Program-made: the position numbers and the translations under genes
Shown: piece after piece, positions 20,101 through 30,079 of the stretch
Layout: each line of letters starts with the position of its first letter
How positions within the stretch are numbered: position 1 is the first letter of the stretch
Notes under the pieces: generated by a model
What the model was told of the DNA's origin: nothing
Database searches by the model: none
Seen by the model: the letters and a program-made list of their open reading frames with translations, nothing else
Assembly: GCA_002269645.1 (NCBI GenBank)
Contig: NIVC01000570.1
Location: 124,001 to 188,000 of the forward strand
Source of the DNA: Macrostomum lignano
Lineage: Eukaryota
Direction: 5' to 3'
Length of the DNA: 64,000 bases

Positions 20101-23082
20101 AAGTAAACGAAATAATTCAGTAAATAACGCTTGGAAGCTCAAAATGAAATGTGGCTGGAGAGTTCATCAATAGTTACCTCAATTCGCACGTTCCTTGTCT
20201 CCAGCACGTACCGATGAATAGACGCCCTGAAGCACACCAGACTTCGGACAGCGTATGGCTTGCCTTCCTGAGTCCTCAGTGACACAAACCACAGCCGCAT
20301 ATAGGCACAAAGATTGCGGATCGGCATTGTTTCGATGTTGTCCGGCAGTTTCTGGTCCACCAGATATTTTTTGAAGCGCTTCACATGGAGAGCGGTTTGA
20401 TCCGTGGTCGATTTGCGTTTGGCAGCCTCTTCGACGTCTTGCACAGCAGCTTCCTCTTGTTCCGTCAGTTCCCGCAGAAGCTCGGCATTATTCAGAATGC
20501 TTGGATTGGACAATTCTGCGTCAATCAACTCCTGCTGTCTTACGGTCACACCGGTCCACTGACTAACTTCTTCACCAGGATCACGATGTCCAAGTTGCTG
20601 CAGAAACTCAATCTCATTCATTTCTAAACCGCTAATATCTTCCTCTAGTATTGCTTTTGTCAGCCTAACTGAGAATAAAGCCACCCAAAATGAGAATCCT
20701 GCCTACGCTGACTGCGAAGGGCCTGGCTGCGTGCAGCCTTAGTCTATGGGCCATAGACAATAAAGGACAAGCAAAGTGATAAAAAGCCATCCAATGTGAG
20801 AATCGATTGGTCTATGCGTCGTATTCTTTTATTTTTATACCTTCTGAGCCATATGACTAGCCAATAGCTTGAACGGAATAACGGAAACAGGAACACACTG
20901 GATGATACAGTACAGTAAAGTAAAGAGTTAAAATAGCCGTCCCTCAATGCACTGCCCAAAGAGTCGTCTGCAATGCAGGTCCCACGTGGCAGCCTTCCCA
21001 GCAGTGACTGTGTCGCCAATCGCTTCGCGCGCCTCCCTCTCTAACAGCATGAATCGCCACTCCTCTTGGTCGATTCTCACATTGGATGGCTTTTTATCAC
21101 TTTGCTTATCCTTTATAGTCTATGGCCCATAGACTAAGGCTGCACGCAGCCAGGCCCTTCGCAGTCAGCGTAGGCAGGATTCTCACTTTGGATGGCTTTA
21201 TTCTCAGTTAGGCTGACAAAACCTATATTGATTCCCAGTGAAACATGGCTAATTCCGAACCTTGAGGCTGTTTAAATCATATTTTCTCTCCCACCCACGA
21301 AGAGAAGAATGCTTCAAACTCTATTTGGGTTTCAACCATAGACAGTCTCCGCGGACTGCGAAACCGCCACGAAGCATATAGCTAAAGCTTTTTCAACCAT
21401 AGACAGTTTCTGTGGACGTGAAACCGCGTTGTGCGTCCGCGCTTCAGCCTACCCATAACACTAATATGTACGCGCCTCGGCGTTTCAGTTCATTTCAGTC
21501 CTCAACAGCCAGTCTATTTAATATATTGGTAGGATCACTAGCAGTACATCAGGACGCTACATTCGTAATTCGTGAAAAAAAATTTTTGAAGGCCGATTTC
21601 TTCATATCGATGTTCGTGCAGGACGACACGAGTGATGCATTCTAAGAGTGTTTTGACCTTTAACTCTTTTGAGGCTAATTACAATTTTGCAATTGCAACG
21701 CAGAAGCACTAAACCAAGTTACTTTAAGTCTTGTGCATTGATCCGTCTATCAAATTCCACCTATCTATTTGTTGTCCTGGCATATTTTTTCTTAATTGTC
21801 AACTGGTATTTCCAAGGCTGCAAGAGGATTATCATTGATTCTAAATGAGTCAGCAGTGTGCAAAAGTATACTTAAACTACGCTACTGTAAAAGTATAGCT
21901 GCTGTACAACTACAGGAATTATTCGTAGTAGGGCGACGAGAATGACCCACACAAAATAAAAGTCTCCTGAAGTATTCTAATCATTGACACACCTATTGGA
22001 CAAAGATTATCTCTATACATACTTCTGAAGAGTCAGAACCAATATCTGAAAATCGGCCTTCAAATTTTTTCTGCGAATCGTGAGTGTAGCGATGTACTTA
22101 CTGCTAATCCTTGTTTTGTAAAAGGTGTTGCTTATTCACTTAAATTTTGGATGCGATAATAAAAAAAATACAATGTACCATCTTTATTTGAGAAATAAAA
22201 GCATGTTTAACTCCAGACCAACACATTTTTTTGCTTTTTTCACAGACATGATTAAGCACTTTTTAATTGGCGGTTCTTTAAAAGAGTTACTTAACCAGAA
22301 GACTGATTCCTCAACACTGGAAATTTTTCAGAAACTTTTCAGCGATTTTGTTTATTTTTGGGCAATAGGAATTTACATGCAGGCAGTCAAATCCTTAGAT
22401 TTTATTAGGGGCCGCTATTTCACCATTAAAAGGGTTCAGTCTGCGCCAATGTACAATTGCACCATCGCGTGTATTCACCCGCATACCCACTCTCTCATCG
22501 GACAGCCCGACCAAAAGCAGCGAGAACATGAGCATGGCCAGCGTGCTGCGCCAAGTCCGCCTAGAGATCAGTAACCTCATCCTGGTGGCCGCCAAGGACA
22601 AAGGCGACATGATTGTTGAGGAGCCCGAATTCCCAGCCTCCCAGCTGCTCTCCGACATCGGTGGCCTGATGGGACTGTACCTGGGAGTCTCCGTGATTGG
22701 ACTGTGCGAATTTCTAGCAGTTCTGGTCCTGCTAGGCAAGACTGCCACGGTGTCCTGCTGTCCGCCGCGCTGGTGGCAGCAGAACGAAGATTCGGCGACG
22801 GCGGCGCCGATGAAGGTGCATCAGAATGGACGAACGTCGCGCTGGAGACCCAGAAGCGCCGGCCAGCCGGATTTCTCCTACCGATGCCCGAGCCGTCGAC
22901 CTAAACGACAGCAGCCGCAGCCGCAGCAGCAGGTGGAGCTGAAACATCAGCGGCAGCAGCCGCAACAGCAGAGTCTGGAGCCTGGGCTGCTGTCGATCAC
23001 GCGATCAAAGACTCTCTACTCAAGTGACGATTTCTTCTACGACAGAGTCGCTACGGGAACGGATACTGGCGGAGCCAGCTGA
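11197..23082 (+). CDS. DEG/ENaC (amiloride-sensitive Na+ channel/ASIC superfamily) subunit, 3 exons, ~642 aa
   Basis: Exons 11197-12377, 16632-16802 and 22506-23082; all junctions GT-AG and phase 2 (GA|GTGAG, TTTCAG|G, GA|GTAAG, GACAG|C); total 1929 nt. Motifs: pre-TM1 STVHG, TM1 VFWLILVV...YNQFPV, WPDITFCDNSP, Cys-rich thumb CRCFNP, TM2 LLSDIGGLMGLYLGVSVIGLCEF with a G-x-S filter. Confidence 0.92.
13872..13944. repeat. 9-bp minisatellite (TAGTGYCYT), left half; continues at 16464-16565 after the inserted element
   Basis: Same unit in the same orientation on both sides of 13945-16463. Confidence 0.9.
13981..14313 (+). pseudogene. Polinton-type small basic ORF (start probably mutated ATG>ATA)
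   Basis: ILTYANKSTICFLVECIISLLAGKV...LKRRLRRYRNNLRLVAQSKSVKEARRNL matches my recollection of the small basic Polinton/adintovirus ORF pattern (A....I..lCEC..N.L.G.V...k.kL.kyk..LR.la). Confidence 0.6.
14273..14865 (+). pseudogene. Polinton-type conserved hypothetical ORF (one in-frame stop, one frameshift)
   Basis: MYKEMMLVPRLQYEAL (TGA at ~14354) ... EVSVNGKPLYNSKIVDLLHFIV...PPNGINEFVTCLQENQVP. A -1 shift at the A6 run 14792-14797 gives ...QSQKGYGKWIKWPR* with TGA at 14863-14865. TATAAAA at 14262-14268. Confidence 0.65.
14862..15310 (+). pseudogene. DEDD/DnaQ-like exonuclease-fold protein of the type common in Polinton/viral gene blocks
   Basis: ATG 14862 gives MIVIDFEGF; a +1 shift at TTT-CCG (14886-14891) continues RTSTKQRTFVIKEIAW...PP...WLTNKRHGLDW..G..Y...IFSKG..K..FL...VYDL...P...CALAKV..WL. 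The Exo I-like DxE motif is split from the body by the frameshift. Confidence 0.65.
15356..15745 (+). pseudogene. TATA-binding protein (TBP)-like gene, truncated in repeat 2
   Basis: ATG 15356 gives MVATIRVTNIVTGADLATWVGLPQLANFL (cf. TBP [20 protein letters not shown]). A -1 shift at ~15466-15469 gives NPSLF...AVVMKSGQHRVTALVYPTGQVSVCGAKSMEEALAETEKIV (cf. YNPKRFAAVIMR...[20 protein letters not shown]). After TAG 15658-15660 the same frame gives IRIKTITSVTAFPAGRHPLRL (cf. FKIQNMVGSCDVKFPIRL). TATAAAA at 15303-15309. Confidence 0.75.
15978..16392. repeat. ~69-bp G-rich subterminal tandem array inside the mini-Polinton
   Basis: About six copies of GGGGTGGGCGTCTTTGGGGGCCCGGTTTGGGGTCGGGGGTGGGTGCGTGGCGGTGGTGGGTTAGGGGTC. 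Confidence 0.9.
16925..17095. repeat. AAC/AAT low-complexity tract
   Basis: Degenerate trinucleotide repeats. Confidence 0.8.
17401..17823 (-). mobile_element. Truncated non-LTR retrotransposon (LINE) ORF2 C-terminal fragment
   Basis: ILAQLRSGHCRLTKYWRQKIGLEAEGVCEDCGDIEDKDHWWSC is a post-RT CCHC zinc knuckle. Both flanks carry CACA(CAA)n. Confidence 0.75.
18470..18640. repeat. Degenerate hexamer repeat (GAGGAT/GAGAAT/GGGGAT)
   Basis: Low-complexity tandem hexamers. Confidence 0.75.
20178..20621 (-). pseudogene. Crypton-like / DUF3504-family tyrosine-recombinase N-terminal (core-binding) fragment
   Basis: KRKSTTDQTALHVKRFKKYL...IETMPIRNLCAYMRLWFVSLRTQEGKPYAVRSLVCFRASIHRYV resembles the N-terminal helical domain of Crypton/KCTD1/QRICH1/ZMYM proteins. 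It ends at a donor GAG|GTAACT; no catalytic domain seen. Antisense within ENaC intron 2. Confidence 0.65.
20653..21225. mobile_element. Non-autonomous element with ~155-bp subterminal inverted repeats, copy 1
   Basis: TTTTGTCAGCCTAACTGAGAATAAAGCC... is inverted at 21065-21221. Asymmetric ends (GC left, CCTA right), flanked by TATT direct repeats (20649-20652 and 21226-21229). Confidence 0.8.
21540..22108. mobile_element. Old MITE with imperfect ~70-bp inverted ends
   Basis: TAGCAGTACATC...GCTACA...AAAAAATTTTTGAAGGCCGATTT against AAATCGGCCTTCAAATTTTTT...TGTAGCGATGTACTTACTGCTA. Confidence 0.55.
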
Positions 23083-26000
23083 GTTTATTGTCGCAGAGAT
23101 TGAATTCGCATGCCTATTTACCTGGTAGCAGTTTATATTCTAGTTTGCTTCATTGAAGTGGCCGCTGATTGCTCAGCGAGTCAATCGACTCAACGTCGAT
23201 AAATGCATGACTGACACCTGTATTGCCGGAACTATCATGATGCCATTTTAATATTGATCTTGAATTTAATTTTTCGTGTGCATGTGTGCGTACGAGTGTT
23301 CAAGCTCTCTCTGGTATGAGCAAACTCTGGTATGATGCCCCTTGTGCGAAAACCTTACGCTTACTTACGCTCGTATTATAAGAATAATAAGCAATACTTA
23401 ATTCATCCTCAAGATGATCCTGCAAGATCTTGCAAAAATTTTCCAAGATTCTTCCGAAATTTCCGTAATTATCCGAGTTACCGAGTACCATAGAATACTT
23501 ACTAGCAACTTTCGCGATGCTTTCTGTTTGCTGTCTCTGATACTTTATGATGCCATAACCACAGATCTTAGAAACCCTAGATATGTCAACTCAGGGTAAA
23601 AAGTGGTCACTTGCATTCAATGCATTGAATGCCGGTTTCGCCTCAAAACTATTCCGCTAGGTTGATAAAAGGGCAGCCGACTCGCCTTAAGCGATGCAGG
23701 CTGGAAACTTCTGGGGCAATTCTATTCTATTCTGCCCAATGAGACTCTGTAATGCGTTCGCTCAAGAAACCTACTAAAGGTGTGCTCCAGGTACTTCGAA
23801 GATGACCCAAATTCGTGGCCCGAGAATCTCTGCCAGCTCGTTCGCTACCTAATGGCTACCGGACGAGCGACCATCCACCTCCTGGATTCTTCGGAGGGGT
23901 ACTGCGATGCGGACACCGGCACCACCGGATCTCCCTGAGTGACACCGTGGTCGCCAGGGGTTAGCAAAATGGCCTGCAACGCCTCCTCGCTGCATCCGGA
24001 TGCACTTAGCCAAAGTAAAAGTAAGTCAGCTAAGTCAAAGTAAGTCAAGACCCAAATTCGAGGCCTCCGGGCCAAAGCTTCTGTGTTGGAACGCTCTACA
24101 ATCTCTACACATCGAGCCCAAACGTGTGACGGGGATCCAGTTCAATGCGCTGATGAGCTCGAGGATGAAGTTCGAACGTGCGTGCGAAAAAGGTCTGGAC
24201 TAGAAGCAACCAATTGCCCACTACCCTGTGAAGTTTTAGGATCATTTTAGGATTTCTGATCAAGCTTTGAACTTTGATAATCTTGAAAAATCGCTGAAAG
24301 ATCTTGCAGATTTCTTGAACGGTAGTCAAATATTTAACAATGTTAGAATAATTAACAAAGATCCTTCTGTAGGGTAGCAAACGCCAACATTCAGTGAACA
24401 AAAGAACAACACGCTCAACGTCTCGCATCTGTCAGGGTGACGCGAATCAATTCAGAAAATATTGGTTGCCGCACAGGCAGGCAGGGTGAGGAAGCCTCAG
24501 TGGAAAAACTAATTAACCTGGTTAACCACTATGGCTGAGTGCTGTTTGGACACCGTAAAAGGAGCAGTTCAAGGCGCGGTGGTCCACGGCGTGTTTCTGG
24601 CTGCTTCAGGTCCGATTAAGATTTGGGAATGGACACAAAGCAGGCAGGTTGGGGTGAATGAAGAAGCGCCGAAGACTTTATTATCAATAATCAATATTGA
24701 TGAAGTGACTGCTACTGCAATACAAACACTGGGGTCAATAAGGTCGGGGTGCATGCCTGGTAGCTGCCCGTGCCAGCGCTCTCGGCTCTTTACGAGTGTT
24801 CACATGTCAATACACAGCGCTGTATTAGTAATTCATCGTAATAACTTTTTTTCTGACCCGAATTTGCGAGAGCGCACCCAACTAGCGACGACTTGACCCT
24901 GACCATTAATTTACGGGGAGGTTGCCGCGCCGTCTGTAAAGAGTTTCTCGTGCAAATAAACTTCATTTAGCCCAGATTGGCACAAATACCTCGTGTTGGC
25001 TCTATATTAGCGATCTATAGCGAAATAGCGAGATAGAGAAAGACAGGGGCGGATTCAGAGAATTCCATGTCACCAAGCTCTGTTTCTGATCCGTACTGCA
25101 TTTTGTTGATCGTCCCCGTTCGTGTTTTGCAAAGTTACGATACAGAGGCCCAGGATCAAAGTGGCAGGATATGCAGTCTTTCCCTGGTGGCACCTTGCCT
25201 GCCTACCTGCCATCACCATTTCTGTGTCAGGTCATGCCAACAACCAAACCCTGATCTCTCTGTTAAACCACTGCTGATGCAAAGTATTTTTTGCGATTTT
25301 AGGCAGCAAAATGTGTGCAGGTCCGAATGCGACACAATACACAGTAAAATGTCTATCTATGTGTGTATATATAAAAACGAAAATTCCTTCACTCTAATAA
25401 AAGAAAACATTTCAGCTGACATTTTTGAAATGCACGCAAATGTCCGCTCGATGAAGGTCTGTCAGGGCTGCAGTCTGGCAGACTTGATGTCTGCAACAGC
25501 AGCCTTGGTTCGAAGCGTCCGTCGCAATTATTTGGTGAATAGTAAAACTTTTTTTGGCTTACACAATGATGTAAAGATAATGGCTTTTTAATGCACATTC
25601 TGTGGGGAGCTCTAACTTTCTGGCCTTAGACATAGCATTATAATGCTATTCTAAGGTAAACTCACTCACGCCAAACTGCATGGATTTCAAAGAGCAGGAC
25701 GATTAGCAAAATTTCAAATGCCATAGACAAATGTACAGTATTGGAAAATCATTTAAGACACACAAAAGCTAACTAGCTTGAGCAGGCTTTAACCACTTTT
25801 TAACTCATTCTATACGTCGATTTAGACGACATTGATTTGTCGTTCGACCAATTCTTAGTGGAAATGGAGTCAGGTCAAGATGCGACAAAAGCCAATAGCG
25901 ACGACCGTTTGGTAAGATGCGGACGGCTGAAGATCTACAACAGCATCTGGACGATGGACTCCCAAAATCGACAATAACGAGGTGAGATTGGGCGAGTAGT

Positions 26001-26887
26001 CAAGAGTCTGACAAGGACAACTTAAGTAGAAGGACGCAACACTCGAAATCTATGGTCTTATTAGAAAAAAAACATTTAAAATAATGACAAGACCAATTTA
26101 ACATGAAAAATCGATAAATGCGTCGTTAGAGCAGCATGTGAGGCACAGAATGTGATCAGGACTTTCTCTGACACTGTTAAGAGACCCAATCACTGTTTTA
26201 GTGTTGAAAATCGTGAAATTTCCTATCTCCGTAGTGTATTTTTTTCGATTAAACCTGCCTTTAAAACTATTTCTGAACGAAAAGCTTTATGAATATCGAT
26301 AGAGCAATAAGAAAGGCACAACATATCAAAAGATGAACACTGGATCTGCCTCCTATCAAAAGCAATAACAATTTTGTGCTGAAAAATTAAAACCTCCTAT
26401 CTCTGTAGTGTATTTTTCGGCGAAAAGTTGCCTTTAAAACATTTACCATAGATTTCGAGTGTAGCGTTCTATATATATGTTACTTGAGCAGTCCTTGGAG
26501 TCTGACTGCTGGACTGCCGACACCTGTTGGTTGACGCTACATTAACCAGACGCTAAAAAAACATGTGCAACAGCCTTGCGAGACTCTGGCCTTGAACGAG
26601 CTGAAATAGATAGAATAACTGGGGCCGATTTCATAAAAAAACTACAAGTGACAAGTGACAAGTCGACAAATGACAAGTGACAAGTGTCAAGCGTCAACTA
26701 TTTTGGTTTCATAAACATCACGCGTTACTAGTGTTAAAAATAATTCACTTGTGTGTCTATGGTTGAACCACCTTATAAAATCGATCGAGCCTTTTGACCA
26801 CAGACCAAAATCTTTGGAGTTATGTCTTGCTTGGCTTTGACGGATTTGCTTAAAAGACGGCCTCTGTGTTCTTCTCGGTCTGTAATA

Positions 26888-28427
26888 TAGGTTTTGTCAG
26901 CCTAACTGAGAATAAAGCCATCCAAAGTGAGAATCCTGCCTACGCTGACTGCGAAGGGCCTGGCTGCGTGCAGCCTTAGTCTATGGGCCATAGACTATAA
27001 AGGATAAGCAAAGTGATAAAAAGCCATCCAATGTGAGAATCCTGCCTACGCTGAATACGAAGGGCCTAGCTGCGTCCAGCCTAGTCTATGAGCCATAGAC
27101 TATAAAGGACAAGCAAGGTTTTAAAAAGACATCATCCAGTGTGTTCCTGTTTCCGTTATTCCGTTCAAGCTATTGGCTAGTCATATGGCTCAGAAGGTAT
27201 AAAAATAAAAGAATACGACGTATACGCGTCCTTCTCTGGGGCCTTTGAGTTGGTGTTCTCACTTTCTTACGATAGAGGTCTAGCGGTTTAAGGTTCTTAC
27301 AGCTCTTAGTCTCTCCTATCAGGCCGTCAGAGAAGACCGTATAAACTGACGGGATCTCCTAGTATCTAAGCTGAGTTGGATTCTCTCTAAGATTTGCTCT
27401 ATGTCACAGTTAAGGCAAATGATCGATTTGAGACTCGGGTTTCTGCCAACTGGATAATCCAGAAACTAATTCAAATGGAGCAATTCAAGATCGAAAACTG
27501 CGCAGGAAAAAAACGAGGCGCCGCTCCAGTTTGAGATGAGCGTCTATTTGTACCAATTAGCATGTTTGGCCTCCCCCGCCGCCGGTGGGGTGTCTTCGCG
27601 TTGTTAGCAACGGCGGGGGGTTTTGAGCAATAACAAACTGGGACTCAGTCCCCTAATTGTACATGAATTTAGTTAGTTCTAGTAGGTTGCTAGGTGTGAA
27701 GGTTAGAGATTATTCGGGCTTTCGCAAATCTATGTGTTGAGTTGGATAAAATTTGGGATAGAAAGATTATAGAAAAAGTGCTTAGTTTTCCGTCTCTACA
27801 CTCTGTCCATGAATGATTAAACAGTCCTCTGTTTCTCTCGGTTGTCAGGCAGCTTGGGGTTGAGCTCGCCTTCTTGGGCAGCTTCGGGTTGGGTAGGAGT
27901 CTTTAGGTGGGCCTCACGTTTTCTCCCTCAGGGTGCGCCAGAAGATGCCGCGTGCCGCGTTGTTCTTCTAAGTCAGGCCGCTGCTCAGTTTGCTTTTCCC
28001 GGCCGGTTTAGTCGCCATTGTGCCTGCGGCGGGGTGACGCTACTAACTGGAATGGAAAGAGGCTTTGTTAAATTCGGCTATTCAAATTGACTTGACAGTT
28101 GATTAATTATCTTAAAGCTGCTTCTGTTTGCTCTTCTAATAGCTATCTAGGGGTTCCATTGTACTCTTCTGCCTCGCCCTTCACTGTGCCTGGGCTTTTC
28201 ATAAATTTCTACCTATCTTCTAACTTAGGGTCAAAACTTCAGATTTCTAACTCTTATACGACGCATAGACCAATCGATTCTCACATTGGATGGCTTTTTA
28301 TCACTTTGCTTGTCCTTTATTGTCTATGGCCCATAGACTAAGGCTGCAAGCAGCCAGGCCCTTCGCAGTCAGCGTAGGCAGGATTCTCATTTTGGGTGGC
28401 TTTATTCTCAGTTAGGCTGACAAAAGC
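26888..28427. mobile_element. Copy 2 of the STIR element (reverse orientation), interrupted by a 1035-bp insertion
   Basis: Near-identical to 20653-21225, flanked by AATA (26884-26887 and 28428-28431). One arm unit is tandemly duplicated (~27030-27115). Confidence 0.8.
27221..28255. mobile_element. Unclassified 1035-bp insertion
   Basis: Flanked by an 8-bp direct repeat ATACGACG (27213-27220 and 28256-28263) that is single in copy 1. No TIR or LTR ends seen. Confidence 0.65.
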
Positions 28428-30079
28428 AATACTTTATTTACTGCAATGAAAGACAAAGAGGAAGCGAAGCTGAGCAAGTAAAGGTGTCTTCTTAAGTTAA
28501 AACTCTTTGCGCAGGTCCTAGAGCCACTAGGAGCTCTAATTCTTCGTCTTCGCTATCGGACATGAAAAGATAAAACATAAGAAAACGATTTGATAAAAGC
28601 TACAAGTGTCACAGCGACTTGTCAAAAACACATGACAAGAGGAAGTATTTTTACACAGAAGCATCCAGCTTAGTGCATGTCTATGGACGAAAATCCCGAA
28701 GAAACGCTTGTAATTTGTCAAATTTCGCTTGTCACTTGTCACTTGTAACTTGTCGATTTGTCGATTTGTAGTTGTTTTTTTATGAAACGCATTATGTTTT
28801 GGAATTGTCACTTGTCACTTGTAATTTGTCCGACAAGTGCTTTATGAAATAGGCCCCTGGCATCCAATGCTTCGCAAGGCAAAGTTGTCTCCCGCTTTCA
28901 AAAGATTGACGTTCGTGGTGAACTTCTTGAATCAACAGGTCAGGATACTGTACCAACTGCTGAGAAAAAAGCAAACGCTCCGTTGACAAGGTGGAGATTG
29001 ACTGTCGGTGAGATGTTCACCTTCGTGAAGAAACTGTTGTTTTACGTTTCTTACGGTCAGTGCATGTCAACGAGCCCATTATCTATATAATGGAAGATTA
29101 TGGCAAACTCATTTTCTAGATAATGGTCCAGTGATACTTAATTGTGGCCATCATAGACAAGCCCATTCTCGAAAAATGAAAGGACCATTATACAAGCTTT
29201 TTTGGTGTAAGGGTAGTTTACTTTCACCAGAATTAGTGCGGGAATAGAAGGAACGAGAAACTTAGCTTAAGTGATTCGGTTATCCATCTAAGAAGTACCT
29301 ATGGTACGAGCGTGATGTATCGCAGAGGTCCCTGGTGCTACTAAAAAATTACATGCATGTTATTCTCAGTAGTACGGGCATTACAGAAAAGCTTTGCTGA
29401 CGCTGACAACCAAGATGCAAAAGCAGTATGGAAAAACACGCAGGATCACCATTACCCCTTGCTACTCCCAGGAGAGAAAGTATAGCTAACTGTGCTTCGC
29501 CCATGCCTACTTTAATTACCTTCGCGAGGCACCAGGAAGTTGGGAGGGAGCTTATGAGGGTAAAGTACCCTGCGGCACAAAGCTTGGCTTTACTTTTCCA
29601 CAAGATTGGGATGCCATCGCTGCTTCATCTCCACCTATCCCGGACTCCTTCGAAGTGGCGTCTCAATCAAACGGGTAATTGGGCGGCTGCCCTGTTTGAA
29701 ATGCGTGCACAGAAACTAATAGCAGTTGACACTGTCTTTTGTGCCGCATCGTTCGCGGCAAAAAATTGCTACTGATGACGACATAAAAATGCTTAGACAG
29801 GTGTCTAAGAGAGAGAGGGAGAGGCAGAGGCAGAGGGTGCGAAGCGCAGACTGCAGTAATTAACGACCCGTTTATAGCGGAGCGCTTGCGCACAGAAGCT
29901 GTCCTTGATTGGCTCTTGTCCTGCATGAGTCTCTCTCGCATTTTGCCGGCTCCAAATGGAAGAGGACTTGAGGCCAGTTCAGCAGGTCTAGGAGCAGTTT
30001 TGCCGGGGACTGCATTCGCAGCCGAGTGTGGGGTTCTAACCCTGTTTGGCGGTTCTACTTAGCTGACCGGTGTGTCTCC

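Larger units (their letters stand above)
26622..28856. mobile_element. PIF/Harbinger-type MITE (outer layer of a nested insertion)
   Basis: TIR GGGCC(G/T)ATTTCATAAA, 3-bp TSD CTG (26619-26621 and 28857-28859), inverted subterminal GTGACAA repeats. Confidence 0.75.

Noticed and set aside
24140-24185. Hammerhead ribozyme at CTGATGAG (also CTGATGA at ~29775, ~31598, ~31818)
   Set aside because: No properly placed GAAA with stem II/III pairing.
25915-26030. Second Crypton-like N-terminus (MRTAEDLQQHLDDGLPKSTITR*DWA)
   Set aside because: Too short and interrupted to support homology by eye.
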